IMG/VR virus record: IMGVR_UViG_3300008339_000021
Coordinates: 26,206 to 90,205 of that record
Origin: a virus
Length of the DNA stretch: 64,000 nt
Strand: one strand, 5' to 3'
The position numbers were made by a program, and so were the translations under genes. Under the pieces are notes generated by a model. That model was not told where the DNA came from. It ran no database searches and saw only the letters and a program-made list of their open reading frames with translations. Shown piece after piece: positions 11,101 to 21,600 of this stretch (position 1 is the first letter of the stretch; each line of letters opens with the position of its first letter).

Positions 11101-11509
11101 ATTCAGAGTTTATTTTTTCATCAGTATTATATCTCTTACCTTCACCTAATGATCTTTCAAAACCTACATTTTTTGTGAAGGCCATATCTTTCATTAAACT
11201 GGCATCTTCATAAAAAGGTCTGAATAACTGTGTAGCTTGTTGAACATTTTGCTCAAGTGATAGATCTAAACCAGTAATTCTTTTTAAATCAAAGTCAATT
11301 CTTTTGAAAGTATTATCTCTTTTATTTATACTTTCATCATGAGTTAGCGGAGCATTTAATATCTGACCATATATATTATTTAATCTACTCCAGTTTTGAT
11401 CATACTGTGTTTGTTTTAGTTGTAAAACATTTGCAGTAAAATTAAAATCAGGTTGATAAGCCTGGTATTCTGGGATAAATGTTGTGACTCCTGATGGATA
11501 TGTTGCCAT
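8132..11509 (-). CDS. Putative ejected/cargo protein (1125 aa) with a hydrophobic hairpin
   Basis: Long, largely helical, Cys-free ORF. Segment GGLATSTAVAVAG...PAAYLTGALATGVGYLGGGAW is compatible with membrane insertion. Position matches the crAss-like cargo block. Confidence 0.65.
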   Translation of the reverse strand: MATYPSGVTTFIPEYQAYQPDFNFTANVLQLKQTQYDQNWSRLNNIYGQILNAPLTHDESINKRDNTFKRIDFDLKRITGLDLSLEQNVQQATQLFRPFYEDASLMKDMAFTKNVGFERSLGEGKRYNTDEKINSEYWDGGLRAIDYKVQEFKALPYEQLPSFGDVKYTPYVNVEKKALELAAEMKIDIKRVTPQGDWIVTEKNGQQAIAPLQSTFYSVLGKDPKVKEMYVTQAYLDRKDTVASNKDRPEYGGNAELAEKDYLNRTLKVMRNQTLITKNDLLSRKMANDKMITRMEKSIADGTDIETTQTSLEQYKEANAQISEMLKQAENDLVMLDGDLNRTMTTQGGSALNMDDMDLLRMRVDAVTASNLLLADLNQAAMNWADLHGEVSYEANPFSVQRQKYEYDSSLIQQRAAAQKDVALFKHQLDMDKATYKAKAESGLYDIDPETNELKIKPELANIERVAEMMTKTPSNDPMALSNTIDGLYTGDAEAAKQTMVSVLAEMQEEGIISNAEILEIIDNKNLNSFNIEPVLRWIKENGDKFKEGTGEINPKTGKRYVTTKDIPTDILNIMIQEGTYVTELEREAAAEMGDDLVAQGDASKLKLAGLAKASLKTDFSPNMITDMTKKMLNVIDRKKDDYYIRNSSKVKNLITLSHSLDDYAAYKLAAIKNKEDIANETANKLRAQGFMYANQLFDDQLNMVDKKTFIANVHRDFPEDIILNNGMSMAGFINAMNTGGLATSTAVAVAGQLGPQVALPEEVVTVPAAYLTGALATGVGYLGGGAWDWIYNSIWGTDEEDGTRLAQGNSHWTGHNYSTSEEYDEMLAAYDLLAENSMLTSDILGLDQPVSLTEFGTGLYTTGGAGITVEPGVRSPTYDHYLQLRGVVRNLDLQTSDGSNYVSFGGVADKFENIDDPAKNNEIWSAIWADFNPRTGSKGMDLKRFQVAVSPFGGEDVTKAAINFKLPEDYLKKFKPDSDGNGIMSEDQYNDILKNGISIITDAKNLANVSMYKNSFKSAEQIRIEKAGSKGVTYTDPTLPGISLNYKIDPVDPSKIVVTTSYQQYMGPGQDSKTVTLVAPLSNQGANLRYNRERFFTGDASSSDLDGPKIQQLMNQQRREYGGY

Positions 11510-11570
11510 AGTATTTTTTATATTATAAAACTATCAAAATTTTTTAAGTTTATTAAATCTATAAAGTTTA

Positions 11571-14003
11571 TCAGATTATAAATGGATAGGCATTAGTAGC
11601 AAAAACATAACCTCCATTTGCCATTCTTTGTCCTCCATACATACTCTTATTCAATCTAGATTCTTTATAAGCCATGTCAAATGCTTGTTGATAATCTCCA
11701 GTTTTACCTAAGTAATATTGTATTCTATCTTCAAGTGTAGCACTTGTTGCACCAGTAAGTGGTTTCTCAACTCCTGTAGGAGCAATAAATCCATACTCAT
11801 ACTCAGATGCATATTGTGGAGTAAGTATATTCATATTCTGTCTAGCAGCCATTTCTTTATCTGCATCCATCATAGCACCCATTGTATTGTATCTTCTTAG
11901 ATTTTTATTAGCTGTTTCTTGATCTCTGTTAAGCTTTTGTGTATCTAAGGCTCCTTGCATTGCTTGTGCTCTAGCTAACATGTTTGCATTATCAATAGTA
12001 GCTGTTTGAACATTGGTTTCTCTTTGTCTATCAACATTTCTAGATTGTACATCAGCTACAGCATCCATAGAAGCTCTTAGAGATTTACCAAGAAGGTCTT
12101 TCATTTGAGCTTGCTTAGAACTACTTGATCCAGCCATACCTGTCATTACTGCATTTTGTAATGAATTAATTGCTGCTTGAGCTGTGTCAACTTTAGTTTG
12201 ATATTCTTCATAAGCTCCTTTAACTTGTGATCTACCTGGAAGAACAACATTAGATGGTGCAGGTTTAGTTGCTACTAATGCATTACGCATCACATTAGTT
12301 CTAGCTGCTCTACTCCAATGTGGTGTAGCTGCAGTTGCCATACCTTGAGATAGCTGACCTTGGCTACCATCTTGACATATACAATCTGCTTCATTTTCAA
12401 TTGCATACTCTGTTACTTGTCCGGTTACAGGGTCAGTACATCTACATAGAAGACTTTCAGTTTCAGTTATTGTTCCACAAGATGCATCATTAACTAGGCA
12501 TTCTCCAGTCTCTGGATCTTTAGGAGCAATTTTAGTATTACCATTTGAATCTTTATATACAGTTCCATCAGGATTTTTACATAGACAGTCTTCAGTTGGA
12601 GTTGCCTCAGTAAAGATTGCTTCTTCTTCTACAGTTTCTCCTTTAACTTCACATCCTTTTAAAAAACCTAATGCACTTGGTGCAGCTATACCAGCAGCAA
12701 TTATTTCTTCAGCTGTCCAGCCATAATAATTACCACCAACTTTTTTCATCCATGAACATACATCTTCTTTGGTATAACCACCACCACCTCTGACACCTCT
12801 ACCTGAAGCTTCTCTTTGAGATTTAGTTTGAACATCAGCTTTACCAATTACTTCACCTGTTCTTCTGTTATACTTATATTCACCTTGATCATCTCGTCTT
12901 GTTTCCCAAGTACTGCTTGCATATTCTTCTGGAGATACTTTTCTTGTTGTACCTGGTCTTGTATCTCCACCATTATCAAATCTTGGTACACCACCATAAG
13001 CCATTTCATTTGGGTAGTAAGGAAAATCATAACCACCCATTTCCATTCCATATGCAGCATAAGGCATTCCACCATAAGCCATCATACCTGGTTGAGGTGA
13101 CATTGCTTGTTGTGCCATCATATCTGGAGGAGGCATAGAACCTTGCATCTGAGCCATCATATCTGGTGAAGCTACAGGAGCTCCACTAGGCATTTGTTGT
13201 GGATAAGATGGTTGTGGTTGACCTTGAGCCATCATTGCTTGCTGAGCTTGCATAGCTTGTTCAGGAGCCATCTGTTGCATCTCTTGAGCCATCATTGGAT
13301 TTTGCTCTTGAGGCATTCCTGTTTGTTCTCCAGATCCCATAGCTTGAGCTAAAGCATCAGCTTGTTCTTTTAATTCAGGCATTAAATCTTCTTCAGAGAT
13401 TCCATTAGCTTCCATATATGGTTTAGCCATTTCTGGAACACCTTGAGGAAATCCTTTCATAGATTCTTGTACAAGAGCTAGAGCTCCCAGTTTCATGATA
13501 TAATTTTTAATCATGATTGTAGCAGTATCCCTTTCAAGTTTACCACTTTCAGGATCTAAAAGAATTGCTTTGTATTTATTAATGTTATAAGGTTTAGCTA
13601 TCTCTGCAGGAGTATAACCTCCTTTTTTAGGAACCTTGTTAAACATTGCTAATACACTAGGATCATTAATTCTTAATGAAGCTGTATCACTAAAGATAAA
13701 TGTGTCATCTGGAAGATTTAAAGGTACACCTCCTTCATGGTGTCTTTTACCTCTTATCTTAAGATGATCTGGAATTGATTGACCAGAGATTGGACCAAAA
13801 GCAGTTTCACCTCCTTCTGCTTCTAGGTTAGCTTCTTCTCTAGAAACTTCATCTACAGTTTGTTTAACACCCTTATAGTTAGCTTTATCTGATGCTTTAT
13901 AATCTCCTCCACCAAATGCTCCTGGTTGTAATGATAATGAACCATCTACTTGTTTACCGTAAGCAGCTTTACCTAATGGCATTTTTGTTATTTGAACTCT
14001 CAT
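11571..14003 (-). CDS. Putative internal virion/cargo protein (810 aa)
   Basis: N-terminal motif ANLEAEGGE...GKRHHEGGVPL...FIFSD, recalled from phage internal proteins. Q/M/P low-complexity tract, multiple xxGG motifs, short Cys repeats. Confidence 0.6.
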   Translation of the reverse strand: MRVQITKMPLGKAAYGKQVDGSLSLQPGAFGGGDYKASDKANYKGVKQTVDEVSREEANLEAEGGETAFGPISGQSIPDHLKIRGKRHHEGGVPLNLPDDTFIFSDTASLRINDPSVLAMFNKVPKKGGYTPAEIAKPYNINKYKAILLDPESGKLERDTATIMIKNYIMKLGALALVQESMKGFPQGVPEMAKPYMEANGISEEDLMPELKEQADALAQAMGSGEQTGMPQEQNPMMAQEMQQMAPEQAMQAQQAMMAQGQPQPSYPQQMPSGAPVASPDMMAQMQGSMPPPDMMAQQAMSPQPGMMAYGGMPYAAYGMEMGGYDFPYYPNEMAYGGVPRFDNGGDTRPGTTRKVSPEEYASSTWETRRDDQGEYKYNRRTGEVIGKADVQTKSQREASGRGVRGGGGYTKEDVCSWMKKVGGNYYGWTAEEIIAAGIAAPSALGFLKGCEVKGETVEEEAIFTEATPTEDCLCKNPDGTVYKDSNGNTKIAPKDPETGECLVNDASCGTITETESLLCRCTDPVTGQVTEYAIENEADCICQDGSQGQLSQGMATAATPHWSRAARTNVMRNALVATKPAPSNVVLPGRSQVKGAYEEYQTKVDTAQAAINSLQNAVMTGMAGSSSSKQAQMKDLLGKSLRASMDAVADVQSRNVDRQRETNVQTATIDNANMLARAQAMQGALDTQKLNRDQETANKNLRRYNTMGAMMDADKEMAARQNMNILTPQYASEYEYGFIAPTGVEKPLTGATSATLEDRIQYYLGKTGDYQQAFDMAYKESRLNKSMYGGQRMANGGYVFATNAYPFII

Positions 14004-14010
14004 GTCTTTA

Positions 14011-17000
14011 TTATATAAATTTTATTTGACCACCTGCAGCAAGAATCTGACCTATCTCTTCTTGAGTTAAATCATATACACCACCTTGACGGAATTTAAG
14101 TTCCCCACCTTTCTTTACAAAGGCAGCTTCACCTACTACATAGTTAAATCCTGTAGATCCTGCTCCTTGTCCTTTTGACATATTTCTTTGACTTAAACCA
14201 CTATAACCACCTCTATAATCTAGTTGATTAACTGGTTCTCTACTATCAGAAGGACTTCTTGATGCTAAATAATTTGTATTGTAACTATCATTTAGACCAG
14301 CAGAAATTCCTCTGATACCCGCACCTAAGAACTGTCCAGCATTTGCTATCTTATTTGTATCTAGTGTACGTGCCTTATTTATATCATAAGTAACTGAGAA
14401 ATCTTCTGGTGTTGTATTTTGTAATGCAGAAGGTTTATAGTTAGGATCATAACAAGGACTATTTGGATTTTGTACTTCAAATTCTGTACATGGTCCTGTG
14501 ATAGCTTGATTAGGATTTGTTTCTAAATTACTACTATTAGGATTAAAAGGACCTGTTCCACTAAACTGTCCACCAGGATTAAACTCAGGAACATATCCTC
14601 CAAATTCCATATAGTTTGAAGCTCCTCCGTAAATTCTTTTAGGAACCCATTTTTTTAATATATAACTATATTTAGCAGGTGTACCATCAGGGAATGTATT
14701 ATTATTCATTCCATCATTAATAATACCTTGTTCAGTAAAAGCTTTTCTTGCATTAGCCTCTTGTTTATCTGCTTCCCAAGTACCTGTCTTATCATTGTAG
14801 TCTACCGGTGTCCCGTCTGCAAACTGATAACCAGAAGCACCAGTAGTATTGAATATTACACCTTGATTTTTTTGTGCTTGTTCTTTACGTTGAGCTCCTG
14901 ATGTAGTTTCTCTATTCCATTCTTCATTCCAGTCTGGATTACCAGTTTGATTAGTTGTATTAGTAGTCTGAGTTGTGCCTGTATTAGTAGCCCCTGTTGT
15001 GCCTGTATTAGTAGTTTGTGTAGTACCTGTATTATTTACTTGAGTATCAGTGGCTGCAGGTTGAGTTGTAGTTCCAGTTGCTGGTGTTGAAGTAGTTGAT
15101 TGTTCAGGTTCAGTTACTGTTTCTTTACTAGATCTTCTTTGTATTCTTTTTTGTTGTCTACGTTCTCTTGGACTCATTTCTTCTTCAACTGTATTAGTTG
15201 ATGTTGAAGTACCAGTTTGAGTTTCACGAGGATTTGGAGTTTGTAAATAATCAGGTAAACCATTACCATCAGTATCAGCGTTATATCCAGAATAACCAGG
15301 TCCAACTGCTTCAGGATTATATCCTTCTGCAATATTATCTGCAGTTGTATTAGCAGAAGCACCACCAGCTGTTGTACCTGCATTAGGATTATTTGGATCA
15401 ACCCATCTACCTGTAAGTGTCATTGTTTTTTTACCTGACCACCAAGGACCTTTCTCAAACTTATAATCATACATATAACCAGCTTGTGGCTGTGTTGCTG
15501 TACCATCAGCATTTGTACCAGCTACAGGAACCATACCTTGTAATTGACCTTGTGGTTGGAATATAGCACCACTTGCTGTTCTTGCAGGACCTTGTTGTGA
15601 CATCCAAGTAAAATCATAATTACCTCCAGTAGCAGGATTATATTTAAATGGTGAAAACATATTTCTTATCTGTTGACCAATTGTTGGTGCAGTAGGATAA
15701 CTATAACCACCAGTCATTGGATAACCTGCTCCATAACCATAATTATAATTTCGAGTTGTGGTAGTTTCTGTTGATGCAGGTTGTGATGTAGTACCTAATT
15801 TTCTTTGAAGAATTTGTTGATATACTGCATCATTAGGATTAGCTTCATACTTCATAAATGTAGATGCATCTGTCTTAGTCCTATTCATGTAGTCATTATA
15901 CTCAGCAAGAGCTTCTTGTTCAGCTTTTTGTTTAAGCCATGCATCATAATCATTTGTAGTTACTTGACTATTATTAATACCATCATATTTATATAGACCA
16001 CCCATTCTATACATAAAAGGATCATCTACATTTTTAGACTGTATATCATTATTATCATATGCTACTATTGGAGAAATTGGTAACTCATCTCCACCATATA
16101 CAAATTTAGTTAATGTATTAGGATCCATTTGAGATGTATTTACCATTCCACCTTGTTGATAACCTAAATAGTCAGCTACTTTAGGAGCTATTTGAGTTGC
16201 AAGTCCATATGCAGGAAATGTCATACCCAATGTAAAATCGGAAACATTATTGGCTACATCTTGTGCAGCTCGTTTTCCAGCATACTGTGCACCAAGTATT
16301 TTTGCTCTATCATATCCATATTTCTTCTTTATTTCTTCCCACCATTGGGTGTACGTCGTACTAAGAATAGGGTTTTTCATTAAATCTGGGACACTACCCA
16401 ATTTATTCAACATGTCAAACTGTTGTTCCTCATCCGCTGTTAAAAACTCTAGATTTTTGTCATATATTAATTGTTCAAGTTCAGGATTAACCTCAAAAGA
16501 CTTATTTGCATCTGAAGAATTTTTTGAGTTTTGTTCTTGTAGGTAATTGTCACCAAAATAATTATCATAAGAATAAAAATCATATTCAAGTTCATCTTTA
16601 AGAGCTTTAACATATTTGTTTTCTGGTGTACCATATGTTTCTTCATATAGCTTATTCAGATTAGATATTATTGCTTCTTTTCCAGCTGTATCTGAACTAT
16701 TATATTTTTGTTTTATTCTATTCATTTCAGCTTGATAGTCAGCTTCAGAATAAGTTGGCGATGCAACTCCAGTAGCAGGAGCACTGGCAAAACTTTTAGG
16801 TGTAGTTGTAGTTGTAGTTTTAGCTTTAGGTGTGCTTGCTGCAAACATTTTATTTATCTCAGCTTGTACTTGTGCATAGTTTTCACCTAATGCTGCTTTT
16901 CTTGCAGCACCACTACCATACTCTCCCCTAAGTGTTTTCTGAACTTCTTCACTTAAGTTAAATGGTATAGTTTCAGTATTAGCTCCTACAGTTTCAGTAG

Positions 17001-18636
17001 CAGCAGGTATTATTTCTGTTCCTGTAATAGGTGCTGTTTCAGTAATAGTTTCTGGCATAGGACCAGTACCTACAGATTCAGTTCCAACTACTGGTGCTGT
17101 CTCAGTAGGAATAAAATCAATTAGCTGTGTTCCAGAAGGATTTGTTTGAGTTGGCATGAAATTTTTATTTCCTGCTCCGAACATCCATGGAGCTTGAGCA
17201 GCAGCAGCTCTTCTTCTTGCTGCTTCTTCTGCTGAAATTGCTTCAACTTCATTTCCTTGTTCATCATATACCATTTCAGTTCCTTCAGGAGCAGGATTTA
17301 ATTCCATATAACCTGCATAGGGTTTAATACCACTATTTTTAAGAATTGTTGCTTCATCATTTTTAGCAGGATCTGCTGCAGCATTTAGTACTTGAGATTT
17401 TGTTCTTATAACTTCACCAGGAAATGTTCTAGTTGTATTCCAAGAAGAACCATAACCCATACCCATTGGCATATATCCATAACCAGGATTCATACCAGCT
17501 AACATAGCTGCAGGTATACCTTTAGCAGACCATTCTCTTGTGCCTTTCCACCATGGTCCTTTTTTATACTCTAAATCAATAAGTGGTCCTGTTTGACCTG
17601 ACATAGCTCCAGCAGTCATTTGAGGATTAACTATTTGAGGAGATACCACTTGAAGATAGTTTGGTAATCCCGGTACTCCAGCATATCCAGCTGCCATATC
17701 CCCAAACATGTTTTGCCAATCTCTTGCTACTCTACGAGTTTGTCTATCAGCTTGTCTTTGTTCACGTCCTCTTCTTGCTTCTGGCAAGTTTTCATAACCT
17801 GCACCATGTACTTGATTCATAGGTTGTTTAAAAATATTTGATACTGATCCTGAATAAGCTTGAAGATGATGCATTGGATTTTCTATATCTTGCTGTTCCA
17901 TCTGCATTCCCTCTTGTGCCATAGGCATCATTTGGTTATTCATTGGAGGTAAGGCACTTGTTTCTTGTTGTAACTGTTTAGTTTTATCATAAATTTCTTT
18001 TGCATAATACTCATTACCAAGATCTTTTATACCTCTTCTAAAATTATTAATGTGTGCTTGTCTTCCATTTGGAGAATCTAATATTGTAGAATTACTAGAT
18101 TCATCTTGCTGCATTCCTTCTGCAGCTTTTTTTAATCCTCTTACTATATTTTTGACAAACTTTTTCTTACCAATAGTTCCTCCTTTTCTTTCTACTGATA
18201 ATGCTTGTTCATCTTCTGCAGCTAGATCATCTTCACTTTCTTCACCAAAGTCATCCCAGCCTGTATCATCATCAGATATCCATGGTAAATCAGTATCATA
18301 GAGTGGTTTTTTAATAGGAACAATATCTTCAACTTCTGCATCTTGAGAAAGCATTTCATTCTTTGTATCATTAACATCTTGTCTATACAAAAATTCAACT
18401 ACTTTTTCTACTCTATCTAGAGCATCAAAATAACCAAGACCATATTTATCTTTTAAGGTATCAGCAATCATCTCTACATCTGTAGTCATTGTTAATTGAT
18501 CTAGTATATCTTGTTCTAAAGCTAAATCATTAACTTGCATACCGGCCTGAGCCTTTTGTAAAAACTGGGCTGTCTTATTAATATATTGTCCATTTCCTCC
18601 TGGATCTTTATATATTCTTACTTTTCTTTTGTTCAT
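14011..18636 (-). CDS. Low-complexity putative cargo protein (1541 aa) with a CW_7 (Cpl-7-type) cell-wall-binding-like motif
   Basis: Long T/G/Q/P-rich ORF. VQKTLRGEYGSGAARKAALGENYAQVQAEIN resembles the CW_7 consensus. Many xxGG motifs. Confidence 0.6.
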   Translation of the reverse strand: MNKRKVRIYKDPGGNGQYINKTAQFLQKAQAGMQVNDLALEQDILDQLTMTTDVEMIADTLKDKYGLGYFDALDRVEKVVEFLYRQDVNDTKNEMLSQDAEVEDIVPIKKPLYDTDLPWISDDDTGWDDFGEESEDDLAAEDEQALSVERKGGTIGKKKFVKNIVRGLKKAAEGMQQDESSNSTILDSPNGRQAHINNFRRGIKDLGNEYYAKEIYDKTKQLQQETSALPPMNNQMMPMAQEGMQMEQQDIENPMHHLQAYSGSVSNIFKQPMNQVHGAGYENLPEARRGREQRQADRQTRRVARDWQNMFGDMAAGYAGVPGLPNYLQVVSPQIVNPQMTAGAMSGQTGPLIDLEYKKGPWWKGTREWSAKGIPAAMLAGMNPGYGYMPMGMGYGSSWNTTRTFPGEVIRTKSQVLNAAADPAKNDEATILKNSGIKPYAGYMELNPAPEGTEMVYDEQGNEVEAISAEEAARRRAAAAQAPWMFGAGNKNFMPTQTNPSGTQLIDFIPTETAPVVGTESVGTGPMPETITETAPITGTEIIPAATETVGANTETIPFNLSEEVQKTLRGEYGSGAARKAALGENYAQVQAEINKMFAASTPKAKTTTTTTPKSFASAPATGVASPTYSEADYQAEMNRIKQKYNSSDTAGKEAIISNLNKLYEETYGTPENKYVKALKDELEYDFYSYDNYFGDNYLQEQNSKNSSDANKSFEVNPELEQLIYDKNLEFLTADEEQQFDMLNKLGSVPDLMKNPILSTTYTQWWEEIKKKYGYDRAKILGAQYAGKRAAQDVANNVSDFTLGMTFPAYGLATQIAPKVADYLGYQQGGMVNTSQMDPNTLTKFVYGGDELPISPIVAYDNNDIQSKNVDDPFMYRMGGLYKYDGINNSQVTTNDYDAWLKQKAEQEALAEYNDYMNRTKTDASTFMKYEANPNDAVYQQILQRKLGTTSQPASTETTTTRNYNYGYGAGYPMTGGYSYPTAPTIGQQIRNMFSPFKYNPATGGNYDFTWMSQQGPARTASGAIFQPQGQLQGMVPVAGTNADGTATQPQAGYMYDYKFEKGPWWSGKKTMTLTGRWVDPNNPNAGTTAGGASANTTADNIAEGYNPEAVGPGYSGYNADTDGNGLPDYLQTPNPRETQTGTSTSTNTVEEEMSPRERRQQKRIQRRSSKETVTEPEQSTTSTPATGTTTQPAATDTQVNNTGTTQTTNTGTTGATNTGTTQTTNTTNQTGNPDWNEEWNRETTSGAQRKEQAQKNQGVIFNTTGASGYQFADGTPVDYNDKTGTWEADKQEANARKAFTEQGIINDGMNNNTFPDGTPAKYSYILKKWVPKRIYGGASNYMEFGGYVPEFNPGGQFSGTGPFNPNSSNLETNPNQAITGPCTEFEVQNPNSPCYDPNYKPSALQNTTPEDFSVTYDINKARTLDTNKIANAGQFLGAGIRGISAGLNDSYNTNYLASRSPSDSREPVNQLDYRGGYSGLSQRNMSKGQGAGSTGFNYVVGEAAFVKKGGELKFRQGGVYDLTQEEIGQILAAGGQIKFI
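14956..15034. repeat. 24-bp coding tandem repeat (about 3.3 copies) encoding NTGTTQTT-like units
   Basis: tgtattagtagtctgagttgtgcc / tgtattagtagcccctgttgtgcc / tgtattagtagtttgtgtagtacc / tgtatta. Confidence 0.85.
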
Positions 18637-18655
18637 ATAACCGGTTCTATATATT

Positions 18656-18666
18656 TAATATACTAA
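18656..18666 (-). promoter_or_regulatory. Conserved intergenic motif (TTAGTATATTA), candidate late promoter
   Basis: One of about 7 copies of TT(T/A)GTATATTA, each shortly upstream of a minus-strand start codon. Confidence 0.55.
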
Positions 18667-18696
18667 TTTTTAGTTTAATGAATAAACCTATTAAGT

Positions 18697-21600
18697 TTAT
18701 TCTTCAATTACTGTATAACCTTTTCTGATGTAATCTTCTATTTCTTTATCAGTTAATTCCATTTCTAAAAAGTTGGAATCCCCACCAAATTGTTTTTTAT
18801 TTGTAGTACCTTGATTCATTTGATAATTTGGATCAAATACAATTTCATCATTTATTACAGTTAAACTTACAGGTGGCATCACCCGCCCATTTTTTATTAT
18901 AATCCTTTCTCCAGAAGGCCATACTTGAGCTTTAGGATTATTATATATATACCTTCTAGCAGTTGGATAAAGATCTTTATCATCTGTAAACAGCTCATAA
19001 TCAATACCTCTATCAATTAATTGTTGTTCTGTTTCTGTAGGTATTTGACCTGCATAGTATATTCCTACAAGAGCTCCAGTTGCACCAACTGCAAGTCCAA
19101 CATTTTGAAGTTTGCTTTTAAATTTGTTTTTTTTAACTTCTAAAATTTGTCTTTCATTATATATTTCAGATGCTCTAGTTTGTAATTCTTGTATTCTTTT
19201 TTCTACTGCATTATATTCAGTTTGTGCTCCCTTTGTAAATTTATTTATAAGAGCCTCTTGTTGAGCAATTAAAGCATTATATTCATTTCTTATTAAACTT
19301 AATCTAGTATTTGCGTTTATTATTCCATTATCTATTATTGAATTAATTTTATTAAAATCATCAATAGTTGATATTTGTGAAGAAGTACTAGCTTTATTTG
19401 CTATTAAACTTTCTAATTTTTCTTTTCTTTGGAAACCTGATTTTGGAGCGGTATGATATTTCTTATATGAATATAGCATAGAGTCTACTAACTCATCAAA
19501 GTTTCCAAACAAAGATGCATATTGAGATCTTGATGCACCATATGTTGGTGTTGCTATATCTGCATCTTTTGCAATAGCTCTTATCCCCATTGTTTCAGCC
19601 ATTTCATCTAATGCAAGTTTACCTTGAGTATAGTCAGAATCAGCAATTATTAAATTTAATATATCTCGTGATTCTTTAATATTGTCAAGTTGATATTTAT
19701 ACTGTGGCAAATATTTAAGAAAAATTTCTTGTACCTGTTTAGCTTCTTCTGGAGTATATACATATGTACCACTAGTTGCCCTATTAATAGATTTAACATA
19801 TGCTTCAGGATTAGATATATCAGTTTTAATACCAATTTGTCTATGACCTATAATAGCATTTTCTGTGTCATATACATGTATAGGATTTCCTTTTCTTACT
19901 GTATTTAATCCCATTCCATTTAGTGAGCCTCCTCCAGCGGCAGGATACCATTCAGTTAATGCATTTTCTATAGTTTTAACTTTGTCAGTTGTTAGTGGTA
20001 AATTGTGCGGACTAATTTCTCTTGTGAAAGTAGTCATGTTGATATAATAGTCATTCAATGCTAATTGCATTCTAGCAGGATCATTTGCTACTCTAACTAC
20101 ATCATCACCTTTAAAACCCATTGCTATTAAAGCATCCATGTTCTTTGCAGGATCAGAAAGGTCCTCTACTTTAAATTGATGCCCTAATGTTGCTTTGTGA
20201 CCTGCTATAGATTTAATATATGCTTCTTGACCTTTAGCTACTACTGCAGGATCACCATATTCTATTAATACATCTGGTCTTACTATATGTTTTTCTTTTG
20301 ATGATTTATAACTACCCCATTTTGTTAATGGTGTTGCCTCATATGAATCTATTACTGTTTTTACTTTAGAATCAATACCATTCATAAATTCTTCAGTAGA
20401 CATATTAATTTCAATAGGCTTTCCTGTTTTAATTGATTCAATTGAAGCTTTTTGAAATTGTTCAGGATAAAATTGTCTAAACAATTCAACCTCTAAAGAA
20501 GTTTCTTCTTGTGTATTTACATCTTTTCTCCATACTGGTTTTACTGTTCCATTAGGATTTTCATGTACTATATTAAAATCTAATGTTCCTTCTTGTCCAT
20601 ATTGTGGATACACAGAATGTTGTTTGGCTGGACCATAATCTTGAACAAAAGAAAATTTATCTTTTACATTTTTATTATAAGCACTTTCACTTATAAGAAC
20701 ATCTATGTCACCAGTAATATGTGGCATACCAGCTTCAGTTACAAGAACACTTGAACCAAATACTTTTGCTCCTGGTATATCAGTTTCAACTTTTTGTTTT
20801 GAATTACTTAATGAATTAACATATTCTTGAGATATAACAGGTTCATTAGTTGAAGCATCTTTTACAACTAATTCACCATCTTGTATACTATATTTTACAT
20901 CTACTTTTGGTAACTCAACTTGAGCTTTTATTTTTTCCCCAGTGCTAAAATCTGTAACCACTTGCTCACCAGTAGTTACAGCACCTTTATATATTGAAGG
21001 TTGAGTTTGTTCTAAACCTTCTCCTGTTTTTACAAAGTCTTGTTTTATCTTACTATATTTATTTATATCTTGTTGCCTTTCATACATTTTTCTTGACTTA
21101 GGTATGAGTCGGTTTTTATCTTCAAAATAGTTTTCAAACTTTCTTTTCTTAGTATTTAATAATTTACCAAGTTCCTCCTCTCTTGCAAGTAATCCTTTTT
21201 TACTAGGATCTACAGCCCAGTCATCCGGCCAGACACTTCCAAGTTCCTTTACTAATTCATCATGTTCTTTAGCTAAAGCTTTAATCTGATTATTAAAATA
21301 ATTTACTTTATTTACTGTGTTTAATGCTTTTAATCCTTTCTTACCATAATCAGACATTAATGTTCTTAATTGATTAGGTATTTTTATTTTTGGATTTCTA
21401 GATAGAAAAGCTGCTAGGATCATAATTGGTGCTCCAGCTTGTGTAACATTTCCATCTGTCTGTTCTTCATTAGCTAGACTCAATGTTGTTGCAACTCCTC
21501 CTGCTATAATTGGCAGAGCATTAATTACATTTTTTAGTATGCTAAAGTTCTTTGGATTATTTTCCATTATATCATATAGTCTTAAAGGATATTTTTCTCC

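Noticed and set aside
11510-11570. TAAACTTAAAA leader motif (also near 59540 and 62050) as a distinct regulatory element
   Set aside because: Cannot be separated by eye from ordinary A-rich Bacteroidota translation-initiation regions in an AT-rich genome.
14956-15034. CRISPR-like or non-coding repeat array
   Set aside because: In-frame 24-bp coding repeat without spacers. The PD-(D/E)xK genes lack the Cas4 Cys cluster and no cas context is present.
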